Positions 60,797 to 64,000 of a DNA stretch of 64,000 bases are shown here, piece after piece. Below the pieces are notes generated by a model, which saw nothing but the letters and a program-made list of their open reading frames with translations, made no database searches and had not been told where the DNA came from. The stretch is from contig NGBS01001180.1 of NCBI GenBank assembly GCA_002245135.1, positions 1 through 64,000 of the forward strand. The letters run 5' to 3'. Origin of the DNA: Proteromonas lacertae. Its lineage: Eukaryota. The translations under genes and the position numbers were made by a program. Numbering within the stretch: position 1 is the first letter of the stretch; each line of letters starts with the position of its first letter.

Positions 60797-60951
60797 AATA
60801 AATTACATAATCAGATATCTTATTATTGGGTGATTTATATAATATGATGTGAATAAATTACAATAAATTTAATAACAGCTTATTTAAAAAGGAAATAAAA
60901 AAGTAGGCTTGAGTGAGGTTTGAATTCATTTTTTCATATATTCATATCAAA

Positions 60952-61221
60952 TATTGTGCGCCGTTTGTCATAGTAGGCCGTTTGTCTACCAGACACTTTT
61001 AATACAAACTAATTGCATATTCTTACTTGTCTTGATGAAAAATTGTTACTTTTATACTTACTTTGTTATATGACCTACCTCTGCAGTATACTTTTTTGAT
61101 AATATAAATAGTTTGAATATTATTAAATCTTTCTACATAAAAATAGAAATGTAAAAATTAGGCTTGAGTGAGGCTTGATTCTATATTTTCTTTTATTATT
61201 TTAAATGTCTTATGATCAACA
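60952..61221 (+). repeat. Candidate solo LTR (flanked by related partial copies at ~60890-60950 and from 61246)
   Basis: Near-identical to 53653-53823, continues through GGCTTGAGTGAGGCTTGA and ends ...TCAACA. Confidence 0.7.
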
Positions 61222-61789
61222 TTAAGTAGTTCTAATCATTTCAACTGTTGTGCTCCGTTGAGCTAAATGCGCCGTTGGGCGTTAAGAAGACTTTTTTCAA
61301 AACTAATATCATATTTATGATGTTGACGATGAGTTATGTTCAAATATATGTTTAGTTTTATAATGTGTGCTAGACATGTTGATATCAACACTTAGACTAT
61401 CATATTAAATTTTACTATATAAAATGTATGTATGAATTATACTCATTTCATATATAAAATATTTTATACCAATTCTATTATATTATGAAGATATTAACAA
61501 AAATAAAATTCTGTTCCTGAATTTTTTTACCCCCTTACGAGCTTGTTATTCAAACATTTAGTTGTTTTTTCTTTTTTGTATTTTTATTTAAATTTCTTGC
61601 TATTTATTAACTAAATTTAGTTTAATTCATATATACATATTTTTATCTGAGCATATAGTTCATTTAAATGAATATTGGATAAATAAATATTAATCTAAGT
61701 AATACAGAGTAGAATGTACGTTGGAAATGTATAGTAATGGTTTATGTAACAAATTATAATACTGTTAAAAACGAATTATTGTTTATAGT

Positions 61790-62030
61790 TGTTATTTTTG
61801 TACAATTATCTCTATTAATGATTTTTATGGTCAAATGTTACAAGGTAGATTCTAAGATTAATATTTCAGTGAATCATGCTTTGAAGTAGTCTATATATTA
61901 CCAACATCAACAATTATATTATGGAATGCAGAAAAGAAGAAGTTATTAGCAATACTAGCAATGTTTCATTATTACTTTGATATGAGAGAATTTTCTCGCA
62001 TTTTACAAGGTATATTACCTAAATCAGTCA
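61790..62030 (+). pseudogene. Dynein heavy chain (AAA3-lid region) fragment
   Basis: Manual translation WNAEKKKLLAILAMFHYYFDMREFSRILQGIL resembles the LPTPxKFHYxFNLRDLSRIxQG motif. Confidence 0.65.
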
Positions 62031-62228
62031 TTCAAACTGGTATATTTGATTTAGATTATTTGATATTAGTATGCAGTTAGGTTACAGAAAATACGCAATA
62101 CTAAATAGATGCTCAAGTTTTAAATCTTTAAAAGTGAGTTATTTAAGTATATTCTGCATTTCTTTTCATCCGACAAACTATACAGAAGTTTCTTCAAATT
62201 ATCTATAAAATCAACAACATTGAAATAA

Positions 62229-62519
62229 TTAATAAATGGTAATATCTTCTATTTTTTTATTCTTTATCCTAGATAATAGATAGAACAACACAAAATATCC
62301 ACAGCTGTTATCTTTTCCTTGTTTTAGTATATTAAACTTGTTATTTATATTTTCATACATTATATTGTTCATATCAAATATTTCACTTATTTTATTTTTT
62401 ATAATTTTAATAGAATTATCTGACAATGATGATAATGAATCATAAATTGTATAATTTATGGAATAAAGATGAATATAATCAATTTCCCACAACGTCCAAT
62501 GAAAATATAGACATATCAT
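62229..62519 (-). pseudogene. Clan CE cysteine protease fragment (Ulp1/adenain-like)
   Basis: HWTL...YDSL...QGKDNSCGYFVL gives the His-Asp-Gln-Cys order. Confidence 0.7.
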
Positions 62520-64000
62520 TATCTTTAATAGATAATCCAGATAATCTAGACAGTTTTAAAAGAATGTGTGAAATACCTTCAACATCATCTTCAACATTAT
62601 AATGCTAGATAACATTCTGTTTAGAATGATTTATTGAAAGGGTAATAAAAGATTTTCCATTTTTGATAATGAAGTTAGTGTAATTTGCATTTGATAAAAT
62701 ATAATCAAAAACAAATACAGTATACCACATTTTTTAAACAGACATTATTTACAAGAATATTGATACAACCATAATTATATCTAATATTTCAACATATTAA
62801 CATTTTCAATTAAATCTTCATTTATTTCACTATTATTAGCTTATTATCCTAACTGTTCATCAGCATTGCCATAATTTCCTGTCTTTGCATAAATAAGTCC
62901 TTCTTTTATAGAATAATTCAAAAAATAAATTCAAAGAATCAAGCTTTTCTCAAGTTACAAATAGAAAAAAACGTGAAAATCTATTGAAGCTGTATGTATA
63001 TTTTATAAATAATATAGAGTTATGATTATCCTACATGATATACTTGTAAACTGGTTAATAATGTGATGTTTTTGTTTGCATGAAGGTTTATAGACAAAGC
63101 TGTTAATGAAATAATTTATTTTTCTGCAGACAAGTAAATATTGAGTTCGAAATTGGTAATTACATATGAAAAATTATCATAATTCTATTATGTTAGTAGA
63201 AAGGGGTTATATTACCCCACAAAAATATAATTTTTCAGAAACAATTATTTATTTAGATAATAATATTCATCAAATTATTAATCAAAATTTAAGTAAGAAC
63301 ATTTATGTAATAACAAACAAATCATCAATTATAATAAGTATATTAAGATATAAAGTGTTAATTATATTTAATAATAGAATAATTTCATTATAAAAAGTTG
63401 TGAAAAAGAGAAAAATAATTTCTAATAATATAGGAAATTCATAGAAAATAATTATCAGATAAATCCATTAATATGCAGCTAAGCTACGATGGGGTTTAAG
63501 TAACTCCTTTAAGTTTTAGTAATAAATCCTTTTATATTTTATCTTGTAAATTACTAAATATTATTAATAGCAAAATACTTATTCAATTTATTACCGTAGT
63601 ATTAAATAAAAGAGATACAAACAGAGTAGCGAAAAAAATATGCAATGAGTTAAATGATTTATTTTTTAACGGTATTAGTTATGGTGAGTATTTGTACAGA
63701 CATGGTTGGTTCAATTGATCTTTGCAGAACATGCAATTATAAAACTGGAAAAAAGAATTGAATTCAAACGAATTGAGTAAAATACATCATTTTCATCACA
63801 ATTAAACTATTATACTATAAATATATTATCCTTTAATTCGTTATATACAATTAACAATTTTTTGGGTTAGGGTCAATCAGAAATATTTCTATACAAAAAA
63901 GAAACAATTACCTAAAATCAGGTAATTTTGAAACTAATTATGCCTTTATGAAGTAGAACATATGATACACACACTGACAAATTTTAATTTTCTAATTCTC

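Noticed and set aside
63166..63393. Possible glycosyltransferase fragment
   Set aside because: No diagnostic motif in 75 aa.
1..64000. Many 60-140 aa ORFs antisense to or overlapping long genes (e.g. 7575-7799, 12501-12929, 22125-22448, 30450-30797)
   Set aside because: Shadow ORFs of AT-rich coding strands, Leu/Phe/Ile/Ser-rich and with no motifs.
1..64000. CRISPR arrays, rRNA or tRNA genes
   Set aside because: No regularly spaced repeat-spacer array and no recognisable structured RNA gene was seen by eye.

Overview
Very AT-rich eukaryotic DNA with tiny GT-AG introns (mostly 25-42 nt) and decayed fragments of flagellar genes. This suggests a flagellated protist, possibly an opalinate stramenopile (inference only). 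There are four zones. (1) About 1-9.35 kb is a degraded endogenous Polinton-like virus or virophage-type element: minor capsid, frameshifted major capsid, A32-like packaging ATPase, a 5'-truncated protein-primed family B polymerase and a disrupted coiled-coil gene. (2) 9.35-13.1 kb is one spliced ~1228-aa gene with an SPRY-like N-terminus and two tandem Crinkler/RHS-like P-loop NTPase modules, and its 3' end runs straight into the viral DNA. (3) 14-33.7 kb holds ordinary host genes: NAT10/KRE33 (carrying an apparent U12-type AT-AC intron), a divergent zinc-ribbon gene, two tandem ~1590-aa Cys/Trp-repeat surface-protein paralogs with gene-conversion-like tracts, and a long coiled-coil protein. 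(4) 33.8-64 kb is an accessory island of at least 12 glycan-building or glycan-decorating genes (3 OafA-type acyltransferase+SGNH, 3 fucosyltransferase-like, GT31, 2 GT-A paralogs, FkbM and Methyltransf_24 methyltransferases, DUF229-like, GDPD-like). These are interleaved with hAT and LTR-like remnants and scrambled host and viral gene fragments. All family calls come from motif recognition by eye; no searches were run.
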